Origin: an uncultured Collinsella sp.
GTDB taxonomy: Bacteria; Actinomycetota; Coriobacteriia; Coriobacteriales; Coriobacteriaceae
Assembly (NCBI GenBank): GCA_959599615.1
Contig: CAUGKA010000001.1
Coordinates: forward strand, 1-62,382
DNA: 62,382 nt
Reading direction: 5' to 3'
Shown: piece after piece, positions 19,437 through 28,232 of the stretch
Position numbering within the stretch: position 1 is the first letter of the stretch
Layout of the letters: the number at the start of each line of letters is the position of its first letter
The notes under the pieces: model-generated
What the model saw: the letters and a program-made list of their open reading frames with translations, nothing else
Told to the model about the DNA's origin: nothing
The model's database searches: none
Made by a program: the position numbers and the translations under genes

Positions 19437-20678
19437 CTAGGGCCTGGGCGTTCCGCAGTTGCTGCAGAACTTGCCGCCGTTTTCGCTGCCGCAGTTGGGG
19501 CAGAACCACTTGGCCGGTGCCGGGGCGGGTGCGGGACTGCCGCACTCGGAGCAGAACTTGCCGGTGTTGGTGGCGCCGCAGCTGCAGGTCCATGTGCCGG
19601 CCGCGGGGGCAGCGGCAGGAGCCGGTGCGGGAGCGGGTGCCGGAGCCGGCTGCGGGGCGGCCTGCTGCTGTGCCTGGCCGGCGGCGAACAGCTGGCTGGC
19701 GTTCATGCCGCCCATGCCACCTGCCATGCCCATGCCCATAAAGCCTGCCATCGCGCCGTTGGGATTGGCGGCTGCCGCGCGCATTGCGTCGCTCTGGGCG
19801 CTGGCAATGTTGGCTGCCGCCATAGTGGGATCGCGCATGACGGCGGCTTTCTGCAGGTCCTTGATCATCTGCTCGTCCTCTTGCGAGGCAGCGATGGAGT
19901 TGACGCCAAAGCTCACGATCTCGACGCCGCGCAGGTCACGCCAGTCGGCAGAGAGGACCTCGTTGAGCGCGCGGGCGAGCTCGGTGGTGTGGCCGGGGAT
20001 GGCGCTGTAGCGGATGCCCATTTCCGAGATCTTGGCAAAGGCGGGCTGCAGGGCGGTGAGCAGCTCGGACTTAAGCTGGCTGTCGATCTTGTCGCGCGTG
20101 TAGCTATCGGTCACGTTGCCGCACACGTTGGTGTAGAACAGCAGCGGGTTGGTGATGCGGTACGAATACTCGCCGTTGCAGCGCACGGAGATGTCGACGT
20201 CCAGGCCGATGTTGTTGTCGACCACGCGGAAGGGCACGGGCGAGGCGGTGCCGTACTTGTTGCCGATGATCTCCTTGGTGTTGATGAAGTAGACGCGCTG
20301 GTCCTTGCCCGCGTCGCCGCCAAAGGTAAAGCGGCTGCCGATATTGGCGAAGGCCTCCTTGATGGAGTCGCCCAGGTTGCCGCTAAAGACGCTCGGCTCG
20401 CTGCCGGTGTCAAAGACAAACTCGCCGGGCTCGAGTGCGACCTCGATGATCTTGCCGTTTTGCACCACGAGCATGCCCTGGCCGTCGTTGACGGCGATGA
20501 CGGAGCCGTTGGAGATGACGTTGTCCTCGCCGCGCGTGTTGGAGCTGCGGCCGCCGGTGCGCTTGCGGCCCTTGCAGGCCAAGACGTCAGCGGGCATCGA
20601 TTCGCAATAGATAAATTCCTTCCATTGGTCGGCCATGACGCCGCCGGCAGCTCCCAATCCAGCTTTCAAGAGTCCCAT
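19437..20678 (-). CDS. SPFH/band-7 domain protein with C-terminal double zinc ribbon (YdjI-like)
   Basis: DQWKE, NVISNGS, YGT..P, SPFH-like core, GMGM segment, PA-rich linker, CSCG/CSECG/CPNCG/CSNCG. Confidence 0.85.
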   Translation of the reverse strand: MGLLKAGLGAAGGVMADQWKEFIYCESMPADVLACKGRKRTGGRSSNTRGEDNVISNGSVIAVNDGQGMLVVQNGKIIEVALEPGEFVFDTGSEPSVFSGNLGDSIKEAFANIGSRFTFGGDAGKDQRVYFINTKEIIGNKYGTASPVPFRVVDNNIGLDVDISVRCNGEYSYRITNPLLFYTNVCGNVTDSYTRDKIDSQLKSELLTALQPAFAKISEMGIRYSAIPGHTTELARALNEVLSADWRDLRGVEIVSFGVNSIAASQEDEQMIKDLQKAAVMRDPTMAAANIASAQSDAMRAAAANPNGAMAGFMGMGMAGGMGGMNASQLFAAGQAQQQAAPQPAPAPAPAPAPAAAPAAGTWTCSCGATNTGKFCSECGSPAPAPAPAKWFCPNCGSENGGKFCSNCGTPRP

Positions 20679-20726
20679 GGTGATCTTCCTTTCTCGTCAA
20701 TGGCCGGGTGGTATTGGTTGGGGTGA

Positions 20727-22049
20727 TTAATCGTCCTTGCTGTCCTTCATGACAACGGTGGTCTCGGTGTGGCTGAAGGTGTCGTGTTTCTCGGTCAGGT
20801 CGAGCTCGCCGCAGTACTCGTCGGCGTGGGTGGCCTCGTTGGCCGTCTTGAGCTGGCCTACCAGTAGCACGTCTCCGATAATCACGATGATCAGCGGCGC
20901 GATGATGTTGATGAGGATGCCCTCGATATCAAAGGCGAGGTAATCCGGATCGAAGGCGTTCTCGCCCATAAAGAGAATCTGGGAGAGGACAAATCCGATC
21001 ACAAAGAACAGCACCGAGGCGATGGCGAGCTTGGGCTTGGAGCAGGGGAGCTCGCCGACCAAGCGGCCGGTCTGGCCGTTCATGGCAAACAGGTAGCCCT
21101 TGCCGTTCCACGAGGTGGAGAGCATCCAGACGGGGAACAGGGCGTAGTCGCTGTCTTCCCAGGTGTAGTCGAGCTGCTTGCTTTCGACCGTGGCATCGTC
21201 GTATTCGTCGACGACAGTCTCGCGCAGGGCCGAAATCGCGCTTTCTTCCATACGGCGCTCGGCGCGCGCCTTGCAGGTCTCGCAGTCCTCGTCGTAACGG
21301 TTGGCGATGTAGCCGGGCATATATGCGACCGAGAACGGACGCAGCGCGTCGTAGTCAAACGGCTCGATGGCGTCCATGTGGCCGTCGGGCATCTTGGACG
21401 ATCCGTCGACGGGCACGCGCTTAAACGAGATATTGCCCTTGCGATAGGCATCGTAGTGGTCGGTGGTCGTGACGGTGCGGTCGGATTCCTCGGTCACGGT
21501 CTCGTTGGTCGCGTCAAAGTACACTTCGCCGTCCACGCGGGCGCCGTAGAGCCAAAACGGCACGTAGACACCTTGGACCTCGTCGATGTGGTTGCCGGTG
21601 ACAAAGCTCTTGGGCAGCAAGATCTTGCCCTTGTAGTGTTCCTTGAGTGCGGCCGTGACGTCGTCGCGCCCGAGCTTAAACGGAATCACCAGGTCGGGCG
21701 AGAAGTCGCCCGAGAGCTGGCCGGGCGCCACGGCGGAGTTGCCGCAGTACGGGCAGGTGGTGACGGCGACGGTGCCGTCGGACACGAGCTCGGCGCCGCA
21801 CGACGAGCAGATGTAGCCGGCGTTTTGGGCGAGCTTCTGCACGGCATCGTCGGCAGCAGGTTTGGGAGCTGCGGCTGCGGCATCGGCTTTGGCATCTGCC
21901 TTGTCCTGGCGCTCGCGATAGAGGGCCTCGACTTCTTCGACTTCAAAGCGTGAGTCACAGTAGTCGCAGACAAGCTTTTGCTCGGCGCTGGCAAAATGCA
22001 GGGGACCACCGCAGGCAGGGCACTGATAGTTAACGCTCTCGAAGGCCAT
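20727..22049 (-). CDS. Zn-ribbon membrane protein (YdjG-like)
   Basis: CPAC/CDYC/CSSC/CPYC, IPFK, YVPFW, IEPFD, PVW, NGQTG, two C-terminal TM segments. Confidence 0.8.
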   Translation of the reverse strand: MAFESVNYQCPACGGPLHFASAEQKLVCDYCDSRFEVEEVEALYRERQDKADAKADAAAAAPKPAADDAVQKLAQNAGYICSSCGAELVSDGTVAVTTCPYCGNSAVAPGQLSGDFSPDLVIPFKLGRDDVTAALKEHYKGKILLPKSFVTGNHIDEVQGVYVPFWLYGARVDGEVYFDATNETVTEESDRTVTTTDHYDAYRKGNISFKRVPVDGSSKMPDGHMDAIEPFDYDALRPFSVAYMPGYIANRYDEDCETCKARAERRMEESAISALRETVVDEYDDATVESKQLDYTWEDSDYALFPVWMLSTSWNGKGYLFAMNGQTGRLVGELPCSKPKLAIASVLFFVIGFVLSQILFMGENAFDPDYLAFDIEGILINIIAPLIIVIIGDVLLVGQLKTANEATHADEYCGELDLTEKHDTFSHTETTVVMKDSKDD

Positions 22050-22073
22050 GATCGGTCCTTTCCGTGCCGGAGG

Positions 22074-22811
22074 CTATGCGCCGATGGCGCCGCCGCAGTA
22101 TTCGCAGCGCCCACTGGCATCGGGAATGGTGGTGGCTCCGCAGAAGGGGCAGGTCACCGCAGTCTTGGGGGCCTTGGCGGCCACGACGCTGTCGCGCGTC
22201 TCCTGGCGCAGCTGCACCAGCGCGTCGCGGACCTCGGTTGCCTGGCGCTTGGCCTCGCGGTATTCGATGGAGCCGCGCTGATCGATGGTGGAGTCGTTTA
22301 CGCGCAGGTTGATCTCGGTAAAGTACGGCGTGTTGACGTGGATGGTCAGGTTAAAGTCGTAATCCAGGTCGTAGCGCGGCGGGTTGTAGCTCTCGCGCTC
22401 GCCGTCCTCGGTCTCGCGATAGATCTCGGTGCGATGCTCGTCGATATCCATATCGCAGCCGAGTACCTGCGAGAACTCGATGATGTCGGGATTGGCGTCG
22501 CGCCAGCGGCTCTGCGAGGTGATGATCAGCAGGCCCGCGTCCTCATCGAGCATGATGTTGGTGCGCCCGGCAGAAAGCGTGCGCGTGGGGTTGAACGACG
22601 CCAGGCGCTCGGCATTGGCCTCGCGGTAGGCGAGCTGCTCGCGGATATCGTCCGCGGTGCTGGAGCGATAGCCGTGAAAGTAGGGGGAGAGCTTGCCGGC
22701 GCACTCTTTGCACAGGTAGCCTTCATTGATTTTTGTCTTACCTAGAAGTCCCAGCTCGGTACCGCAAATCGCGCGCTCTTTCTTCTCGAACATCTTGTCA
22801 AAGAAGCCCAT
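22074..22811 (-). CDS. DUF4428-like protein with C-terminal Zn ribbon
   Basis: ICG.ELGLLG..K..EGYLCKEC; SY.PPRY; CPFCGA..CEYCG. Confidence 0.75.
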   Translation of the reverse strand: MGFFDKMFEKKERAICGTELGLLGKTKINEGYLCKECAGKLSPYFHGYRSSTADDIREQLAYREANAERLASFNPTRTLSAGRTNIMLDEDAGLLIITSQSRWRDANPDIIEFSQVLGCDMDIDEHRTEIYRETEDGERESYNPPRYDLDYDFNLTIHVNTPYFTEINLRVNDSTIDQRGSIEYREAKRQATEVRDALVQLRQETRDSVVAAKAPKTAVTCPFCGATTIPDASGRCEYCGGAIGA

Positions 22812-22991
22812 GGCTGCCTCCCATCAACTGGTAGCGTGTGTCACTTTTGATGATGGGGGAGTGCGCAGCCTTTCACGATACCCAGACGGCTCAACGAGTC
22901 TCCACAACTGGGACACATGGCTCATTTTTCCTACTCATTGGGGACACTCTTTGTCGAATGCGGCGGCTGCCGAATATGGGCGCCGTTCTTG

Positions 22992-24503
22992 CTATGCCAC
23001 GGTCACGGCGATCTGGGCGTAGCGGGTGCAGGGGCGCTCGGCGCGCGTCTGCACGGTAAGCGTGAGTACGAAGCGGTCACCGGGCTGCGCGTCGGCGGGC
23101 ACGATGAAAGCGGTGTCCACCGTGCATTCTTGCCACATCGACAGATCCTGGACGCCTGCATAGCTCGATGGGTCTACGGCCACATCCCAATGTGCATCGA
23201 AGCCCTTGTCGTCGGGGTCGACGATGGTTGCCGCAAGGGCGACGCGCTCGCCGGCTGCGGCGCTACGGTCGGCCGTGACCTCGACAACATGTGCCGGATG
23301 CGAGCAGATGGCCGGATCATGGGCGCACCATTGCGCGCGGGCGGCAAAGTTTTCCTGATAGGCACGCAGATAGGGATTGAGATTGTCGTCTGCGGGCGTG
23401 CCGATGGAGGCAAAACCGGCGGGCGCGCTCGCATCGGGGTGTCCATCAAGAAACATGCGGCCCAGCAGCGTATCGAAGTCGCGGTCGTCGATGCCGCGCA
23501 GGCCAAACGGCAGCAGTGGAATATAGGTCATGCTGTCGCCTTCGGCCATAAAGTCGCCGCGCTCAAACTGCACCGCGGGCATGCCTTCCAGGCCCCAATC
23601 CAGGCGGGCATGCTTGCCAAACTGAAAGCGCTCGGGTTCGTTTTCGTAGACCTTACCATCGCCATAGAGCATATAGCGTGCCATGAGGGGTTCGTTGCCC
23701 TGCGTGAGATTCTGCTCGGGCCAAGGAGCCTTAAACAGCGGAAGCGTATCGGGCTGAGCTGTTTTGGCGTCGAAATAGTTGCCATACATATAGGGCGTAC
23801 GCCAAAAGATGAGCTCGGGAAAGAGTTCACGCCCATGGTCGAGCCAAGAGTTGTCCTGCCCCACGCCATCGGCAACGCCCATCACGCGTACCTTCTGATA
23901 GACCCGCTGCTGTACAGCGGGCCACTCGGGTGTGTCGTGATAACGCTCGGCAATACTCATGAGGGCACGAACGATAGTGTTCATACCACCCCAGCTGAGC
24001 AGCCACAGCGTGCGGGGGTCGTCATCCATGACGGCATCGGCGATGACGCGCGACCCTTCAGTCTCCTCAGTCACGTCACCCTCAAAAGCAACGTTTCCCA
24101 CAAACGTGCGCTCCATCATCTGAGCCGGCGTAGGAAACGGCGGCTCATCGGCGGCGATGGCATTGGCCTGTAGCTGCGGCCAAGCCTGGGCGTACTCATT
24201 GCTCCAAAGATTTTCGATCCAATGCTCGGGAAACGGCCGATACTCACGAAGCTCCCCGGCCAGCGGATCGGGCTCATGAGGCACAGCATCCCACTCATAA
24301 GAGCGACGCCCTTTGGTCCGCCAATGCGGATTCACCTCGCCCAGCGTATGGACGCCATCCCCAAGAAAGTGATACTGCGAAGCCGTATACACCACAGCCT
24401 GAACATCAAGCAAGTTAAGATACAGAGCCAAATGAACAAGAGAGTTCATATCATCGACTTCCATATCGGTAGTAACAATCACCCGAGTCAAATTCTGAGA
24501 CAT
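22992..24503 (-). CDS. DUF1593 (nucleoside-hydrolase-like) protein with Ig-like C-terminus
   Basis: RVIVTTDMEVDDMNSL, TEGS, WGG.NT, GQD, EGDS, FAAR.QW. Confidence 0.75.
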   Translation of the reverse strand: MSQNLTRVIVTTDMEVDDMNSLVHLALYLNLLDVQAVVYTASQYHFLGDGVHTLGEVNPHWRTKGRRSYEWDAVPHEPDPLAGELREYRPFPEHWIENLWSNEYAQAWPQLQANAIAADEPPFPTPAQMMERTFVGNVAFEGDVTEETEGSRVIADAVMDDDPRTLWLLSWGGMNTIVRALMSIAERYHDTPEWPAVQQRVYQKVRVMGVADGVGQDNSWLDHGRELFPELIFWRTPYMYGNYFDAKTAQPDTLPLFKAPWPEQNLTQGNEPLMARYMLYGDGKVYENEPERFQFGKHARLDWGLEGMPAVQFERGDFMAEGDSMTYIPLLPFGLRGIDDRDFDTLLGRMFLDGHPDASAPAGFASIGTPADDNLNPYLRAYQENFAARAQWCAHDPAICSHPAHVVEVTADRSAAAGERVALAATIVDPDDKGFDAHWDVAVDPSSYAGVQDLSMWQECTVDTAFIVPADAQPGDRFVLTLTVQTRAERPCTRYAQIAVTVA

Positions 24504-24632
24504 AGGAACAGCTCCAACCAAAATAATTCAGCCAGTTACGCGCAAGGCAAGACGGGGCCCACACCCCTCATCGCCACCGACCCGGCGTGCTGCCGGAAGC
24601 GCCCGGCCAGGGCCAACGACAATGGCAACGCA

Positions 24633-24755
24633 GCGGGGACCGGGGCTTAGTTTTGCAAACATTCCGCAGGGGGCATGGGCCGGCGCAGCGCGAAGCGCAA
24701 AGCGCCGACCCATGCATGCCCGAGGACGTTTGCAAAACTAAGCCCCGGTCCCCGC
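24633..24755. repeat. ~120-bp hairpin with perfect 28-bp terminal arms (MITE/REP-like)
   Basis: gcggggaccggggcttagttttgcaaac (24633-24660) is the exact reverse complement of 24728-24755; nested inner stem. Confidence 0.85.
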
Positions 24756-24766
24756 GCTGGGACGGA

Positions 24767-26104
24767 TTACCGTTTGACCCTGGCCGACCACTCCCAGCAG
24801 CCCACCGGCTCGCCGTCGATGAGTACGTTGCCCCCGTCGAAGTCTTGATAACACAGGTCGTTGAATTGGTGGATCCACACGCCGTGGTTGAACGTCTTCT
24901 TGGCCGAGCCGTCGGCCTCGCGATACACGCCGGTCAGGTCCTCGACATGGCTAAAGTAGGTGAGGTGCACGTTGGCGCCGGCATCGCGCAGGCGCGCCGT
25001 GAGCGGCAGCACGGTCTGTTGCGGTGACACAAGCTCGTCGCCCTTGGAGTGCGTAAACCACAGCGGCGTCTTGGCGAGCGCGGCTACGTCCTCGTCCGTG
25101 GCGTTGTACCACGGGGCGCAGCAGGGAAGGCCCGCGGCGAAGAAATCGGGGTAGTCGGCGCACAGGCGCAGGGTCATAAAGCCGCCGTTGGAAAGACCGG
25201 CGACCACGATGCGGTCGGTGTCGATGCGGTCGGCATGCTCGGCGACAAACTCGTCGATAAGCGCCTTGAGCACGGAGGAGTAGATGCTCTGGTTGGAGCG
25301 ACCGAGTTGCTCTACGCCGTTGTCCATCCAAAACGTGGGCGACTGCGGCACGAGCACCCAGGCAAAGCCGCCAAAGTAGCGCTGGATCTGCGCCTGGCTA
25401 ATGGCCGTCACGCGGTTGCCGATATAGGCGCGCGTGGCGCCTTCGCCCTGCGTGGCGCCCTTGCCCTCGCCGGCGCCGTGCAGATACACCACGAGCGGTG
25501 CCTTTTGGGGCACGACCGTCGCCTCGGGCGCAAAGGGGTTGAAGCATGCCGAGTCTTCGGCCTTAAAGCTGGGCTCAAAGAAGCCGTATTCGAGCGCGAT
25601 GCCGTCGACGGCGGTCTTTTGCGTGGCGTTGCTCCAGCCTTTGAGCGCGGGGCAGATATCGCCACGGCAGGTGTCGAAGACCAGGCCGCAGGTGGGATCG
25701 TCGCCGTCGTTGCCGGGAAGAGCTGCGAGCTGCGTGATGCGCAGCTGGTCATCGAGCATGCGCGAGCCCATGACGCCGCCTTCGATCTTTTTGGTCAGGC
25801 GCTGCTCAGCGACCTCGAGCGCCACATGGGTGCCCACGGCGAGCTTACGTCCGTTCTCGTCGCACGGATATGCGGCGAGAATGTCGATGTAACCCACGGA
25901 GGGCGCGGCATGGTCGGCGCCGCGCTCCTTGCGCATCAGAACCTCGCCCGAGCGTTCGTGACGCTCTACATATATATGGAAGGTGTTCGCGTCGATGTCG
26001 TTGGCGCGCACGGTGCAGGGCAGGTCGAGTACGACCTTGCTGATCCAGGGGCCAAAGTCGCCCAAGGTGGTGACGGTCGCGTAGGTACACAATTTGAGTT
26101 CCAT
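24767..26104 (-). CDS. Alpha/beta-hydrolase esterase/peptidase with N-terminal Ig-like domain
   Basis: PLVVYLHGAGEG, VLVPQ, GLSNGG nucleophile elbow, HSKGD, GVW; GGGAGG RBS before ATG 26104. Confidence 0.8.
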   Translation of the reverse strand: MELKLCTYATVTTLGDFGPWISKVVLDLPCTVRANDIDANTFHIYVERHERSGEVLMRKERGADHAAPSVGYIDILAAYPCDENGRKLAVGTHVALEVAEQRLTKKIEGGVMGSRMLDDQLRITQLAALPGNDGDDPTCGLVFDTCRGDICPALKGWSNATQKTAVDGIALEYGFFEPSFKAEDSACFNPFAPEATVVPQKAPLVVYLHGAGEGKGATQGEGATRAYIGNRVTAISQAQIQRYFGGFAWVLVPQSPTFWMDNGVEQLGRSNQSIYSSVLKALIDEFVAEHADRIDTDRIVVAGLSNGGFMTLRLCADYPDFFAAGLPCCAPWYNATDEDVAALAKTPLWFTHSKGDELVSPQQTVLPLTARLRDAGANVHLTYFSHVEDLTGVYREADGSAKKTFNHGVWIHQFNDLCYQDFDGGNVLIDGEPVGCWEWSARVKR

Positions 26105-26149
26105 GAGCTGCCTCCCTTGCGCCGCTAGTGGGAAACAAAAGCGGCAATA

Positions 26150-26490
26150 CAGACTAAACATGTTTAGTTTAATGCAGAATTGTAGAATGAGCAGATGAAC
26201 TCGGTAAACGGTAAAACTGAACACGCAATGAACTACTAAACAGACGTTTACTATTAACTAGCAGGACTTTTGTTGATGAGCCAGCTCGTTACAAAGGTGT
26301 TTATCAAAATAAAAGCCCACGTAAATAGCCATATATCAATATCTGGTCAAATAGACGATCTTCTACCGTCTAAATACGCTTACCCCCGATTTCCTACCGT
26401 TCACCGGACTCCAGACGGCAAAATCGCCACAAATCAGGCACTCCGTGTAAACTAAAGCCCGTAAACGTTCAGTAAACAAATTGTTTACGA
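26150..26490. promoter_or_regulatory. Divergent promoter region with multiple TAAAC..GTTTA palindromes
   Basis: actaaacatgtttagt (26153-26168), taaacagacgtttac (26237-26251), gtaaacaaattgtttac (26472-26488). Confidence 0.6.
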
Positions 26491-26592
26491 CAGCGTATCC
26501 AAGGGTTCGGCAACCGTAAGGGGTTATAGTCGCCGAGCCAAAGGCGTGCTTACACAAGCGAGTAGGCACACGAAGATATGGGGAGGGGTCCC

Positions 26593-28020
26593 ATGGCAGT
26601 AGATAACAAGCAGATTGCCACCGATGTCCTCGAGCTCGTGGGCGGTGCGGAGAATGTTACCGTCGCCACCAACTGCATGACGCGCTTGCGTCTGACGCTC
26701 AAGGATAACAGCAAGGCCGACGTGGAGAAGATCAAGAAGGTCAAGGGTGTTCTGGGTTGCCAGTTCGCCGGCAGCCAGCTCCAGGTCATCATCGGCCAAA
26801 ACGTGCCCAAGGTGCTCGCCGAGTTCGTCGCCATGTCCGGCGTCAAGCAGGGTGCCGCCGTTGACGAGAACCTCGACGCTCCCAAGGAGAAGTTCGAGCT
26901 CAAGAACCTGCCCAACATCATCCTCGACTACCTGTCGGGCTCCATGACCCAGCTCATCCCGCTGCTCATGGCCGGCGGCCTGTTCCGCACCATCGCTGCG
27001 GTTCTTGGTCCCACCATGCTCGGCGTGATCTCCGATACCGATCCGACCTATACGTTCCTCTACACCACGCTGTACGAGGCCACGTTCACCTTTATCCCCA
27101 TCTACCTGGGCTATGCCGCTGCCAAGAAGCTCGGCGCCTCTCCGGTTCTGGGCATGCTCCTCGGCGGCGCTCTCATGGCCCCGTCCGTCGTGAGTGTCGC
27201 GACTCAGGAGGGTGGCGGGATCATCTCCGTCTACGGCATCCAGATCGCCGCTGCCAACTACCAGCAGTCCGTCCTGCCGATCATCCTCTCGGTGCCCGTC
27301 CTGTACTTTGTTGAGAAGTTCTTTAAGAAGGTCATGCCCGACGTGCTGTCCACGGTCTTCACGCCGTTTTGCACCATGATCGTTACCATCCCCATCGCCT
27401 TCATCGTCCTCGCCCCCATCGGCAACGAGATCGGTACGCTGATCGCTAACGCCCTCTTTGGTCTTGCTGACCTTGGCGGTATCGGTATCCTGATCGTCAT
27501 GGCCATCCTCGGTGCCTTCTGGCAGCTCTTCGTGGTCTGCGGCATGCACATGCCCGTCATCCTGCTCGCTCAGGTCCAGATCATCGCCGCCGGCTACGAT
27601 CCCTTCGTCTTCGTTTCCACCAACTGCGCTATGGCCGCCGTCTGGGGCTGCGCCTTCGGTGCCTTCCTCAAGATGAAGGACCCCGACGAGAAGGGTCTTG
27701 CCCTGGGTTACGTCATCTCCGCCATCGCCGGCGGCGTCACCGAGCCCGCGCTCTTCGGTATCCTCATGCGCTTCCGCCGCACCATGCTCGGCATGTTCAT
27801 CGGCGGTGCCATCGGCGCCGTGTTCTCCGGCCTCATGGGTGTTACCTATTACCTGGCCGGCGGTGCCGCCAACTTCCTGGTCTTCACCAACTACCTGCAG
27901 GGTGGCCAGATGAACACCGTCTGGGCTATCGTCGGTATGGCAATCTCCTTTGTCATCGCAGCTGCCGTCGTCTTTGCCACTGGCTTCTCCAAGGAGGAGC
28001 TCGCCGAGATGGAGGCCTAA
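26593..28020 (+). CDS. PTS beta-glucoside/sucrose-family EIIBC component (no EIIA)
   Basis: NCMTRLR EIIB cysteine, QVIIG, YQQSVLP, GMH, GVTEPALFG. Confidence 0.92.
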   Translation: MAVDNKQIATDVLELVGGAENVTVATNCMTRLRLTLKDNSKADVEKIKKVKGVLGCQFAGSQLQVIIGQNVPKVLAEFVAMSGVKQGAAVDENLDAPKEKFELKNLPNIILDYLSGSMTQLIPLLMAGGLFRTIAAVLGPTMLGVISDTDPTYTFLYTTLYEATFTFIPIYLGYAAAKKLGASPVLGMLLGGALMAPSVVSVATQEGGGIISVYGIQIAAANYQQSVLPIILSVPVLYFVEKFFKKVMPDVLSTVFTPFCTMIVTIPIAFIVLAPIGNEIGTLIANALFGLADLGGIGILIVMAILGAFWQLFVVCGMHMPVILLAQVQIIAAGYDPFVFVSTNCAMAAVWGCAFGAFLKMKDPDEKGLALGYVISAIAGGVTEPALFGILMRFRRTMLGMFIGGAIGAVFSGLMGVTYYLAGGAANFLVFTNYLQGGQMNTVWAIVGMAISFVIAAAVVFATGFSKEELAEMEA

Positions 28021-28059
28021 GGCCAAGCCATTCGGTCGCATAAGACCTCACCTACACGA

Positions 28060-28098
28060 CGGGGCCCCGTCAGGCGTAAGCCCGGCGGGGCCCTTCTT
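28060..28098 (+). terminator. Hairpin after PTS gene
   Basis: ggggccccgtcaggc..gcccggcggggcccttc. Confidence 0.45.
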
Positions 28099-28232
28099 GC
28101 AAGGTAGACTGATGGAGGCGGGTGAGCTTCGCCCGCGAGGGTTTGCCAAGCGGCGGGGGCGTTAGCGCGGGGGTTCCGCGAAAGCCCCCCCCGGGTAGCC
28201 AAAACAGTATAAAACCAAAGTAAAATCACAGT

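Noticed and set aside
19590..19680. DNA tandem repeat in the SPFH gene
   Set aside because: Encodes an ordinary Pro-Ala linker with synonymous variation
26490..26592. BglG RAT antiterminator before the PTS gene
   Set aside because: No RAT-like GGATTGTTACTG motif or overlapping terminator; no BglG gene
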